Source: Novakomyces olei (taxonomy: Eukaryota). From it: DNA of 64,000 nt. The notes below the pieces were generated by a model, which did not search any database, was not told the origin of the DNA, and saw only the letters and a program-made list of their open reading frames with translations. The stretch spans positions 930,001 to 994,000 of the forward strand of contig JADEYG010000007.1 of NCBI GenBank assembly GCA_016906335.1, in the 5' to 3' direction. The number at the start of each line of letters is the position of its first letter. Position 1 is the first letter of the stretch. A program made the translations under genes and the position numbers. Shown one piece after another: positions 42,307-58,362 of the stretch.

Positions 42307-43304
42307 CTAATTCTGATTTGAGGCAGCAAAGTCTACGAGCATGTCAAAAACGGCGCTGCTCTCTGCTCGAATATCGATACAATTTTGAAACCCGGCTTCC
42401 GCTGTTGCTTGATCAAGGACGCCACTGGCCTCACGCAGTTCGATATACGTCCGAACTATACCTGCGTCAAACTCGGGGTGTCCTGTACGTAGTTAGTATC
42501 CCGTAAACTTTGCTCCAGTCTTTGTACCTTGCATTGTTACCACGCGGCCCGGTTCATAGAGGGCGTGGACACTACAATTATTGCTGCTCGCGACTACCTG
42601 TAACGCTGCCGGTGCCTGCAGCACTGCGTCCCTGTGCATTTGATGCAAGTTCTGTATGGTTAACACGAAAAGCAAGTCAATGGTGAAAGAGCAAGCAAAA
42701 GCCATCAAGGCAAAAACAATTTCCCATCAGCAACAGCTTTAACCGGTAAAATACGCATAATTCGTAAATAGATTACTTTGCTCTGCACGTACCAGGAAAG
42801 GCTGCTTTGTATGGAACATTTCGCGGCCAGCCGGTGTCAGGTTCATACGGATAGCACCCAGCTGATACATCAGCTAACTTCTCCCGAGAAAACTCACCTC
42901 CCACCCGCCCGGGTTTCGGGCTACATTGCCGCCAAGCGCACGTGCAATTATTTGGTGTCCAAAGCATATCCCGATCAGTTTCCGTGTCGTGTACACGCGG
43001 GCAGTGAAATCAACGAGGTCCACGATCCAGGGATCATTATCAAAACTATTGTATTCTGCGGATTAGATTCCAATAATGCCTTTTGCCTACTTGATCCTGT
43101 TATCAGAACGGCATCAATGCCCGTCACCTCGGTCGGCAATGCCTGAGCGCCCAGTCTGGCGTCAAAACACCGAGTCGTAACTTTTATACCGACACGATCG
43201 CCTGCGGCTTTCAATGCTTTTGTAAAGATTTCGCCATAGCTGCCTCTGCTTTGGCGCACTTTTTCCACCGGCTCATCGCACTCCAATATCGCTATAGTCA
43301 CCAT
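42307..43304 (-). CDS. Class I glutamine amidotransferase-like protein (YLR126C family), 5 exons
   Basis: IAILECD, VLITGSK, LIGICFGHQIIARALGG, GWE, HQMHRD and QGHPEF after removing 4 introns. Confidence 0.92.
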
Positions 43305-43635
43305 TACGAGTACGTCACCATCGGACTTTGCTGTACTATAAAATATAATCCTACACTGCTGTTTGCACATTATATAATTAATTCAATTCTGTAGAGAGCG
43401 GATAAGAGAAAGCAACAACTATGAACAAATAATTAATAACAAATAATTAATAACAGATAATTTATAACAAATAGCTGAAAATATTAAACAAAAAAGAATC
43501 GAATAATGATATCAAATGATATCAAATGATGTCTAATAATTATAAACAAAAATATCAGAATTATAAACAATTAAACGATCGACATAGAGTGGGATAGCCC
43601 TCCTTTCACAGCTCTAAGCTCCTTTTAAATAAATC

Positions 43636-44388
43636 TCAGGCGGCAACTTTTGTTCGAGGCTCGAGTAGATACTGCGGCTCACGACGCGGAGTACACAGCA
43701 TACGTTTCACGCTTACTGTCGCGAAATAAAGAGCGCATATAATATTGGCGGCACAAAACACAGATGACAAGGCAATAAAGTGTCTGCCATAGTCGCCGTA
43801 AATCACGTGTACAAATTGCGCCTGAATCCACGGCACGAGTGGTGTAATGTAGGCAATTGCCGATAGTATTGCTGTAAACAGCAGAAAGCGCAACAGTTTT
43901 GGGGGCAGCAGTTGAGCAAGAATAGTAAGCAGCAAGTTTAACAGGCTCGCCTGGGCTCCGATTACTCGCATGAGCAGTTCCATACTCTGCAGTAAGACTG
44001 AACTGCTGCTTACATTGCTCTGTGATTGAGAGGCGTCGCGTAACGACGCCACAGAGTCGGCAACTCGTTCATGTGACGCGGTCAGTCGCCTAATCGCGTC
44101 TAGCAAGTGTGTAAGCACGCGCGCAGTGGCCTCTGATTGGCTCAGTAACGCTTTAAATGTTTCCGGTGGCAGGGCTTGCAGTACGCGGTCTGCACATTCA
44201 TCGTCTAAATCTGATAGTAACGTATGCAGCTGACTGCGTACATTGTCGGAGAATAGTTTTATTGATTCTGGTGAGACTGTCAGTCGAGGAAAATATTAAA
44301 AGCATTCAAGGATTGAAATTATAATTAGGATAATCAAAAGACTACTGTCCATTGGCAAAGTTGAAAAATAATCCAAAAAAATAAACAA

Positions 44389-44427
<39 letters not shown>

Positions 44428-45283
44428 CAAGAGATGCTCACCCGTCTCGGATCGAGCATTCTCAATTGTATTTTGAAGCAAATGCATATCGATTTTCAGT
44501 CCCTCAGCAGTTCTGCTCGTTTCTGTTTGTATTTGCAAAAGGTCGCGCTGCGCTTCTGCATGCAGAACAAACCCCTCTAAATTTCTGTGTAAAGTGTTTG
44601 CCAATTGACGAAGCTCTGTTGCTTGGGCTGCATTTGCAGATCGTGTGTTGGCCAAATGCTGCTCTGCAGCATCTGCGGCCTCTTGCCACTGCTGCAACAG
44701 AAAATGTTGCACCAAAGTGAGGTTACGATGCAGCTCAATCAATGTCTCTAGCAATTAATTTAGCTGTGTATTTATTTAATTTTAAATGTTTTTGGAAATA
44801 GATATATGGCACATGAAAAATGACAAGCACTACCATATTCCAAATCAGACTGCGCCTGATAGCAAAGTTGGTCTGCTTGCTGAAGGTAGCCATGAAAAGA
44901 AGTCCACCATTGTGGTCGTTTCTGCAGGGCGCGTAGGCATAGGGCTCCTGTATTGTTTTCGCAGTCCTTTGGAGGCGGGAAATGTGCCAGTTCGAGCTCA
45001 CACAGGGTTAAACGTAGAGCATAGGCGGTTTTAAGCTCATCGGTAAGCTCGACTTTATGTCGGCTGGAACATTCATCCGCCAGTGCACTTGCTGCAATTC
45101 GAAAACACGAAGGCTGAAGGGCAAAAGTGTCCAAGTAGGCAAGCATCTTTATTTCGTTTAGGCTTTTTTTGGTTTTAAATTAGGGCTTACTTTCTGCGAG
45201 AGCTGAGTACTGTCGTGCTGTCTATTTCCACTGCAAAACGCAGATAGAGCAGTAAGAACACCAAAGCCTGTTTTCCACTGCAT
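43636..45283 (-). CDS. kar5: Nuclear fusion (karyogamy) protein Kar5/Tht1/Gex1 family, 4 exons
   Basis: Signal-like N-terminus, Cys-rich domain (CFRIAA...C...YALRLTLCEL...C...C...QWWTSFHGY...C), coiled coil and C-terminal transmembrane helices. Confidence 0.88.
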
Positions 45284-45818
45284 TTTGTTTGTCTCTTTTG
45301 CGTTTCCAAGACAATGAACTGCTTTATTAAAACCTCCCATGCCTTGCGTGGGCTGTTTCAGGTGGAACAATGTAAACCAATGAACATTATAATATTTATT
45401 GTATGTAAAGTAATAATAATAAAGGGAATAATTTATTATTATTATTATTATAATTAATTTTATTCTTATTACTACTTATCTATTTACGGTTTAAACTCAT
45501 GGACAAGCGAATATTTGTAATTTAATCTATATTTATTGTCTTTTGCCCAGTCTAACAAATCTCCACTGAATAGGCGTGGATCATATTGAACCCACAGGAA
45601 CTATTATAAACTTTGCATCTGTGTACATTCACTGCTTTTGCAGTGAGGGCAAAAGTTGAAACAACATCCCTGAGATATAGAAGGGTTAAAATAATATATG
45701 ATTTTATCATTAAAATAAAGAAAGCATGAAACTGTGAAAAGACAAGCTTTTGAGATACACATAAATGAACAGCGTGTATTCATGCTTTGGGTATAACAGG
45801 TCTGCCACACGCTTTGAG

Positions 45819-48796
<2,978 letters not shown>

Positions 48797-50365
48797 CTAA
48801 CGCGCACGCGTAAAGACGCGGATCAACTGACGCGCTGACGCAATCCGGACCGTGTTGATCACGATTGGCTCCTCTAATTTCCCTGTTTTCCGACAATTCT
48901 TATTAATGGAGACTTGTGGGTCCTCTTATTAACGCCTGAAAACTTTAAAGCACGTGTCTAATTATATTATTGATTGTGGACGTTGCGGGTTCGATATCGA
49001 GCGGGGGTTTAGTAATGAATAATATATATAGGAGATTCGAAAAGTGAATGAATGAATGAATAAATAAATAGATATAAATATAAATATAAATATATAAATA
49101 AATATAATATAATATACAGGTACATAGTACACTAACGAAAGCCTGTGTCTGACTATAACCTTACATAAGCCTATCACTTGCATCATCCTTAAATATGTAG
49201 GCGGTTTTGGTGTAGAAATTGACGACCGAAATTGTCAATCTAATTTACAATCAATTAATAGCTTTAAACTTGACTCGGTACGCGTGATGTCAATTTGAGG
49301 TGAACGCATTGGAGCCAATAATTATGTGTTTGTTTAGTGGGAACGGAGATATACCGCCTTCGGCACGGAAATAAGTGAAATATAGTAACATTAATTAAAT
49401 CATAAATATCTTGGCACTCGATTTGTCAATTTGATTACAAAGTTTCCGTCCCATAAACATCCGACCGCAATTTGCACCATCAAAATTGTTCACTATACAA
49501 ATTCATAGCAAAACTATGCGAACATGAAACATTTCATAAAATCTAAAGACATGCACATAACTGTTTTTTTTTCCTTTTTGACATAACATCTGACTCAATT
49601 TTCCTCGCGTAAACCTTCAAGTTCTATTTCTCTGCGAGTTTTCGCTACCATCAAATGAAGGCGTTCGTAAATTTCACAGTTAGATTCGAATTTCTCTCGT
49701 TAAAATTCCTTGAATTCGTCAGTAAGAACAGCTAAAGCAAAACACAAAAACCGGAAACAAGGAAGAGTAAGATAAATAATAAACAATATATCGCTTCTTT
49801 CTCATGCAAACGCGTCAGGGGCACGCATAGCGTAGTTGTTTAAAGAACGCGCCCGGCGCATGAATCAATCATAGCGACAAAATGTCGTCAGACTGGTGCC
49901 AGCGATAGTTTCATCATTGCAGAATGCACGAGAAAGAGTCGTTTATATATCGTTATAAAGGCCGAATTGATTATTTGAACTCCGACCTCGACAAAAGGAC
50001 AAGGCAAATACTCGAAAAGACATGATTAGGGCCAATCATATCACCAAAACAAACTTGTATAAATCGTACTAGGAGATTTCTTACCATTCGATATACCACG
50101 AACTCATTTGAACAAACATGAAAATAATATACATATAAAGAATAACGCCGTCGAGCGGAAAGGACAAAACATAATCACAACCTTAATCCACATAGAAGAA
50201 CAAATAAAGAGCTCTATCGCTTAAAATACATCTTGTTCCAAACAACATACCGTTTGTTGAACAAAAAGATTAATATATAGGATATCAATTCAAGAAAATA
50301 GAAAAATACACGAAAACCGAAAGAAAATCAACTTCAAATAAACATGTTTAGAATCTGAGTAGAGA

Positions 50366-53314
50366 CTACTTTTCCCTCCCATCGGTTTTGCGCACAGAAC
50401 TTCGTCGAAACAAGCCTGTAATCGACTTTTTCCAGGGCGACTTTGGTGGTTCCAAAGATGAGACGTGTTCTGTATGCAAAGCTTCTTCCGAACCAGCCAA
50501 ACTGCCTCTAGCACCATCAGTATCCTCTTGCTGCCCAGCCCCAGGAGAGTCTGGATCCGACTCCCATTTTGAAAGAGGACCCGGATCACCGAGGTGGTCA
50601 TCAGCAATACTTGTCTGACTGAAACGAGGCTCCGCCAGTAAAGGACCCGGCTCACCCAACAAACCTGCCGGCAATTTGGGTAATTGCTCGCCTCCCATTC
50701 TGCCGCCTTTTGACCCGTGAGAAAACCCTGGTGATGAGGGTGAAAGAAGCTGCAAACTGCTCCGTGACGGGGCGCTCTTGGAGTCTAGTGTATTAGCCAC
50801 GCTAGACCCAGTCTCGAACTGGTCAGACGCATCGCGATCCAGACCTTCAGTCTCGGGATAAACGTGCATATGATTTGTGTCATAAGGCCTCTGTTCAAAC
50901 GTGTCCACTTCATGTTCTTCCCCAATGCCAATGAGCCCCGGGTTAAACGATGTATTAGCAAAAGGCTCCATGCGCACAGACATTTTGGCCTTGCGTGCGC
51001 CAGGCAGGTAAGTGTCTGGCAAATTCTTTGGCTCATTTGCATCTGAAGGCCAATTCAGACCTATACTTTTGTGCGTACTTTTGGACAAATTAATGGTGGG
51101 CGTTGATATACTACTGCTGCGCCGACGAGTACCGTACTGCTGCGAGGATCGCTGGTGCAAAAGGCTATGCGACCTTGTATGTCGAGCATCATGTTGGATT
51201 GACGTCAGTTTCTTTGAATGGTCAATAGGCAGCTGGTCCTTGTCATCTTCACCAGGCGGCTTACGCTTCCGCAGTCCTCCTGAGCTTGAAAAAGTGAGTC
51301 CTAACCCAACACCCGCTGCATCGGTGAGGGGAAGCGTGTGCTGAGACTGTATACTGGGGCCTTTATTGTTTAATGTGTCTGTGTACGGCACTTTGCCGGT
51401 ACTGATCAAATGTACAGGCTCAAGCATTGGCTCATCAACCAGCGAGTCCTGTGACCGTTTCGCTAAAGGAAAAGCGTCCCTCATCGGCACATCACCTGCC
51501 GCCGCCCTGTCAGGATCAGCACTGCTCAGACCAATACTCGTGCTTGTGGGGGCAGAAGCTGCAGTGGGGTAACGCGTCCTCGAGCCTAAAGCCCTCTGAG
51601 GCGAGAGCACCACCTTCTCAAAAAGCGCTTTGATTGGCGACTTTTTCTTCCCCGGACTGGCAGTAGACGCTGTATCGGGCGAGTTTGACCGGTTAGTGCA
51701 ATTGTTGTTGGTAAAAAGATGGTTTGTATTCTTGTTGCTTTTATTGTTGACACTGGTCCGCCAACTGTGATCGTCTTGGAACAGGTGGTCCGGCCTGCGA
51801 ACGCCCGGTTCTTCAGAAAACGAAGACCTCCAGCGCCAGCGGTTCTGGTGCTGATGGCTGCTTGAAGACGTAGGCGAGAGCGAAGGATTAGACGTGGCCA
51901 TAGCCGACATAAACGGACTAGCCAGGACAGAGAGGCCGTGCGATAAAGACCGGACATGAGAGGAGACCCGGCTCGGAGAAGAAGAGGAGGAGGAAGCTGA
52001 CTGGTTCTGCGCATTCTGCGGTGAATGAAGATTGTGCTGTTTTGTAAAATTAAGACTCGAAGGGGAATTGCCTCTGGAGTCAGGGCCAGCAACACTGCGG
52101 CTTTTCCTGTGAGAAAAAAAGGAGAGACGTCTCGGTGTTGACGGCGGCCCTTTTGTCGGAGACTGAGCCAAAGCTGCCTCCGAAGCTGCCTGCTCAATTT
52201 GAGTAGGGGAAGGCAAATCCAAGGTGTTTGGTGGCATTGGCCTGTCGTAGTCCGTTAGCCGGGGAATACTTATTGTGGGGGGACTATCGTTCAAGGCTGC
52301 AGCCGCAGATAGACGCGGATTCAGCCTGGCCGGCGACCGTAATACAGTTCGAAAAGACGGGTTAAAGTTCAATTCAGCAGAAGCGGCTAGTTTAGGAAGA
52401 GTAAACTCTTCGTCTAACCCCTTAACTGCATCACTGCCCTCCCGTCGATGGCCAGTGTGAAGAATCTCATCATCCGCGTCTTCCAGCAAGTCATCTTCGT
52501 CTTCCTCGCCATCGAGATCAATTGAATCGGCATTTTGCTTTATATCCATATCCCGTTTTGCGCAGGCCAATTCTGACTTTGTCCCATCCAGGCAGGTTAA
52601 ATCTTCACTGTCCATTCGATCGTGGTCTCGGCCATCTTGCTCCGTACTTTCATATACTTTTGCGTCCAGTAGGTCATCGGAATTGCTGCTATTTGACTCC
52701 TCTGTACCAACCCCATCACTTTCGCCTTTTCGCAGCAAGTAACCACCTTCGGCCGCCTCATTTCTCTGCCGATTACTAGAGAAAGCTTTAGCATCAATCC
52801 AGCCCGATTGGCCCTGCACTTGTGTTTCCGGAATTATTTGATGTGAATCAACAAAGGAAACAGCTTTTGCTTTAGATCCACGCGACGAAGCCAATGAGGC
52901 CGCATCCGTACGCGACTGGTCTCCGCCTCCTCCAGCGGACGAAGCAGTAGCAGCAGCAGATGTAATAGAGGAAGCAGAAGAAGAAGGGAAAAAAGCGGGA
53001 GCTGCCGGAGCCGATGAGGGTACAACGTCATTGCTGCCGACTGCTGCCGATCCCAAGACGGGGATCTGTAAAGCCTCAGTCTCCCGGGCGTTATTGCCCA
53101 ATATTTCATTATTTATTTGGTCTTTATCCTGACTTGCAGCGCCCGCGCTGGAAGAAGATATAATCTGACCTTTGAGCCGTAAATTGTCGATCGGCCCCGG
53201 CTGGCTCGGAAGGGGAACTGCCGCTGCCTCGTCAAGACATATATGTGACCAGTCAAGAGAGACTGCCTTTGAGCGACGGTGGGCGTGCACGCGTCGAGGC
53301 GGCCCCGAGGCCAT
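50366..53314 (-). CDS. Uncharacterised Ser/Pro-rich, largely disordered protein (982 aa)
   Basis: Long single ORF with N-terminal HAHRRSKAVS and a KAVSF motif; no recognisable folded domain. Confidence 0.8.
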   Translation of the reverse strand: MASGPPRRVHAHRRSKAVSLDWSHICLDEAAAVPLPSQPGPIDNLRLKGQIISSSSAGAASQDKDQINNEILGNNARETEALQIPVLGSAAVGSNDVVPSSAPAAPAFFPSSSASSITSAAATASSAGGGGDQSRTDAASLASSRGSKAKAVSFVDSHQIIPETQVQGQSGWIDAKAFSSNRQRNEAAEGGYLLRKGESDGVGTEESNSSNSDDLLDAKVYESTEQDGRDHDRMDSEDLTCLDGTKSELACAKRDMDIKQNADSIDLDGEEDEDDLLEDADDEILHTGHRREGSDAVKGLDEEFTLPKLAASAELNFNPSFRTVLRSPARLNPRLSAAAALNDSPPTISIPRLTDYDRPMPPNTLDLPSPTQIEQAASEAALAQSPTKGPPSTPRRLSFFSHRKSRSVAGPDSRGNSPSSLNFTKQHNLHSPQNAQNQSASSSSSSPSRVSSHVRSLSHGLSVLASPFMSAMATSNPSLSPTSSSSHQHQNRWRWRSSFSEEPGVRRPDHLFQDDHSWRTSVNNKSNKNTNHLFTNNNCTNRSNSPDTASTASPGKKKSPIKALFEKVVLSPQRALGSRTRYPTAASAPTSTSIGLSSADPDRAAAGDVPMRDAFPLAKRSQDSLVDEPMLEPVHLISTGKVPYTDTLNNKGPSIQSQHTLPLTDAAGVGLGLTFSSSGGLRKRKPPGEDDKDQLPIDHSKKLTSIQHDARHTRSHSLLHQRSSQQYGTRRRSSSISTPTINLSKSTHKSIGLNWPSDANEPKNLPDTYLPGARKAKMSVRMEPFANTSFNPGLIGIGEEHEVDTFEQRPYDTNHMHVYPETEGLDRDASDQFETGSSVANTLDSKSAPSRSSLQLLSPSSPGFSHGSKGGRMGGEQLPKLPAGLLGEPGPLLAEPRFSQTSIADDHLGDPGPLSKWESDPDSPGAGQQEDTDGARGSLAGSEEALHTEHVSSLEPPKSPWKKSITGLFRRSSVRKTDGREK

Positions 53315-54298
53315 CGGTTGCCACGCGGCCGCCGTTAGAATAGAGGCAGCAGCCGCCGCGTAAGCAGCCTGTAATTAAACCTCGGAAATAGGGTAAGAAT
53401 AGAGAGTAATATGCGGGCGGATGGTGGCACAATTAGTCGGAGAGAGAGGGAAGAAAGAGAGAGGGAAGGAAAGAGCGCGTAAAAATAAGAGGAAGAAAGA
53501 CAAAATTCTGGATACTGAACCAGTCGTAGTCAAGATTCCCAACGCCTTGATACAATGAATTCAGAGTGTGAGCAACGCAGGGTCAAAGATCAAACGAATG
53601 TATGCAGAGAGGCAAAGCTCAATTTTTCAAGAGGCAAATGGAAGTAGTGTGATGAAGGTTTCAGGATCAAACCCACAAGTAGAATTGAAGCAGGCGACGG
53701 GAGGGTGTTGTTGTATAGACGAAATCAGGCAGTCTGCCCAATCTGCGCCCGACAGAAAAAGGCAAAATGCCAAGTGAAAATGAAATGAAATGCCGAGAAA
53801 TGTGTCGGCCGTCCAGCGGCTTTATGTACACGACTAATCTCTGCGGCACAGGCAGCGAGCGTGTGCCCCGAGGATGGAAAAGAGTTTATTTATGTAGAGC
53901 GAGTGTTTTCCTCGTATTTTATTAGCCCTACTTTATTTACGAGGGAACGTACAAACAGGGAAGGTGGTGGTGAATATTGGCAACGAGCAATTTCTTCGTA
54001 TATGGATGATGGATAGTGGAAAGTAATCCCAAATTAAATGTGAAATAGTGGGCGACAGAGTGGAGCGCGCAAACATTTGCAGCCCCAGAAAACTGGAATT
54101 GGGAATGTGGCCCGGAAGAATATTATTTGTACAATTAAACGTTTGCCCAATGCCGGATGTACTACTATTCTCGCACAGTTCGCATGACTGTCCTGGGCAA
54201 CGGCGTCTGTCTATTCCTAGTCGCAGATAGATAACGTGGGTACCTGGCCAGGTACGTATAACTTTTGCGCATCATTTATTATGTACTCACTGTACATC

Positions 54299-54375
54299 AT
54301 ACAATTGTCGCACGTACAATTGTCGCACGTACAATTGTCGCACATACAATTGTCGCACATACAATTGTCGCACAT
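54299..54375. repeat. 15-bp tandem repeat (TACAATTGTCGCAC[A/G]) x5
   Basis: Visible; each unit contains the palindrome ACAATTGT. Confidence 0.95.
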
Positions 54376-54699
54376 TAGTTTGTTTATCGCTGCGTTTGCA
54401 TAGCACATACAGTACCAATCATCGTACATTACACGCTCCATTCTGTAGTGCAATCACACCCAACGCGAGACGCATCTGGTAATGTAGAACAGTAATTCAA
54501 CATGCTTGAAATTTTGAGATTATTATACTGTTTGTGGACGGCACACGTAAACACCGACCTATCGTTTAACAATTACATTAAAACTCAAAGTTACCCTGCC
54601 TCACACGGGAAAGACAAGCTATCTCGCCCTATAAAATTCACAGCAGAAAAATACAGCATTCCAATTTTTCGCCACGTTACGTTCCATACACTTTCCATA

Positions 54700-55319
54700 C
54701 ACAACCTGGCTGCACCCTTCCCTCGCCGTATTTACATGTTAAAACCCCTATAGCCCAACAGTGCCATTTCTCCGAGCGCGTTGTCCGTGCGTAATACGTG
54801 TGGTGGGGCATCTTATCGCGAAATTAATTAAGGAACGGTGGACTCGTGCCGCCATCGCGTTCACCACTCGTAACCCCCGATTTCGGCAACATTAGCCCCC
54901 TTTGGTCAAGAGTTTCATCTCGGCTAGCATTGGTTTAGTTTGATTGTTCCTTGGACGAACAGGGTTTATCTCTCCGACTTCACTATACTGCACACTGCGC
55001 ATGGTAGATACACGATGAATCTTTTTACTGGCGCCGTTGGTGACTCAGTCGCACACGGCTTAGCCTTGGGCTTGAGGCGATGTTTTACACACTCTTACAA
55101 CGTTGCCTGCAAGTTTAATTGTTGCATACAATTTTTACTTTATGTATCAAATGTTTTAGTGTGAGGCGACAAGTAGTGAACGCCGAATTTAAGTTTTTGT
55201 AACGTAAATTTTCCTAATGAAAACAATGTTTCGTAATGTAGGTTTTACCGCTTTGCCAATCGCGTATGGAAGGGGAAAAAGGGGCCGCGGCTCATTACAG
55301 CTTGGCCGTTTTCGGTACT
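54700..55319 (+). ncRNA. Candidate large structured ncRNA (family unassigned)
   Basis: Six or more nested collinear helices with G-U pairs, TATAAAA at 54630, and an intron-like sequence with no recognisable coding context at 55320-55460. Confidence 0.45.
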
Positions 55320-55605
55320 GTATGAATTTGTTTGCACATCCAGTCTTCTTTGCCATTCTGTATTTGATTGATTAATATGCCGCCATTACAACTGTTCTCT
55401 TGTATTTCACATTTTGTGCACTACTCTACTTTCCCAAAGACTAATGCTTTTCATTCGCAGACCTGAAATTAATAGGCGCCAATTTTGCAGATTATGAGAA
55501 ACTTTGTATAAAGCCAGGATTTTAATTAGATTTCAGGAACCGCATGTAAAATGAATTAATAATACAGAAATGGAGGTGTCAGGCCAACGAGGCCGGTACC
55601 GTCGG

Positions 55606-55631
55606 TAGCGTTAGCGTTAGGGTTAGGGTTA
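55606..55631. repeat. Interstitial telomere-like repeat TAGCGT TAGCGT TAGGGT TAGGGTTA
   Basis: Directly visible. Confidence 0.85.
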
Positions 55632-55876
55632 CTCTTTTGTGCAAATCACGATACGAAGCAAGTCTTGTCGAGCAAAGAATAGCAAGCCTTCAATTCAGCC
55701 GGAATATATTCTCCTCTGCGACAGCTCTCTACTCGTCTACCATACGCCTTGTTTTGCACAAAATACATCTCTGCACATCTATAAGTCTGTTTGCAGTGCC
55801 GGCATTCAATTAAACAAATGTAAACCATCATGGAAGAAGTGGATTGATTATTACAAAACAGCCTAAACTTTCCACC

Positions 55877-57598
<1,722 letters not shown>

Positions 57599-58362
57599 TA
57601 CGATTCGATGGTACCTTACGGACGGATAGTGTCGTAATATGTATGTATTTACGTAGCCAATACCAACGAAATGCGAGCTATATATAGTTTACTGTGTATG
57701 TGTGGTAATCCACCTATCATATACGACAGTATATTGGGGCCGTACCATTATTGTATAAAAGATTAGCTTTACAATAGTTGGGGCCTGAATTTTATACATG
57801 TCCGCCCTTGCAGGGTGGGATTTTGGTGGGATTATTGGAGAAGCAAGTAGTGCTGAGGAGGGCTATTTTACAGTACACTTTAGATTCGCTCTCATTGATA
57901 CGTATTAATCATTTCGAGCAATCGCGATTGTGTATAGATGTAATATCGTCCGTACGAACTTCCCTCGTGCCCTTACAGTACAAGTATGCCGCCACCTTAT
58001 ATTTGCTAAAACTTTTGGTATAAAATCCGAAAATAAACCCTAAATAACCCTTAATATATAGCATTGCTTACGAGATTTGTAATGCCACAGACCAAAATAT
58101 TTTCGTTACACTGTAAATGACATAAAATGTTCACGGTTAATAAATATTTTGTGATAAATAAATTTGATAGCACTATGATGCCAGCAATAATATAGTACAG
58201 AAACGATAGCAAAATAAAAATAATAATTATAATAATAATAAATAATAAAAAATAAATAATAATAATAATAATAATACATAAGCCAGAAGAATAACAAAAT
58301 TAATATCTTCTACATGGATAGAAAGATTTGATCAAGAGGCAAATAGCTGCCCATCATCTACA

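Noticed and set aside
55606-55631. Telomerase template on the minus strand
   Set aside because: More than 2.5 tandem units with degenerate copies fits a telo-box or interstitial repeat, not a ~1.5-unit template, and I saw no pseudoknot downstream on that strand.
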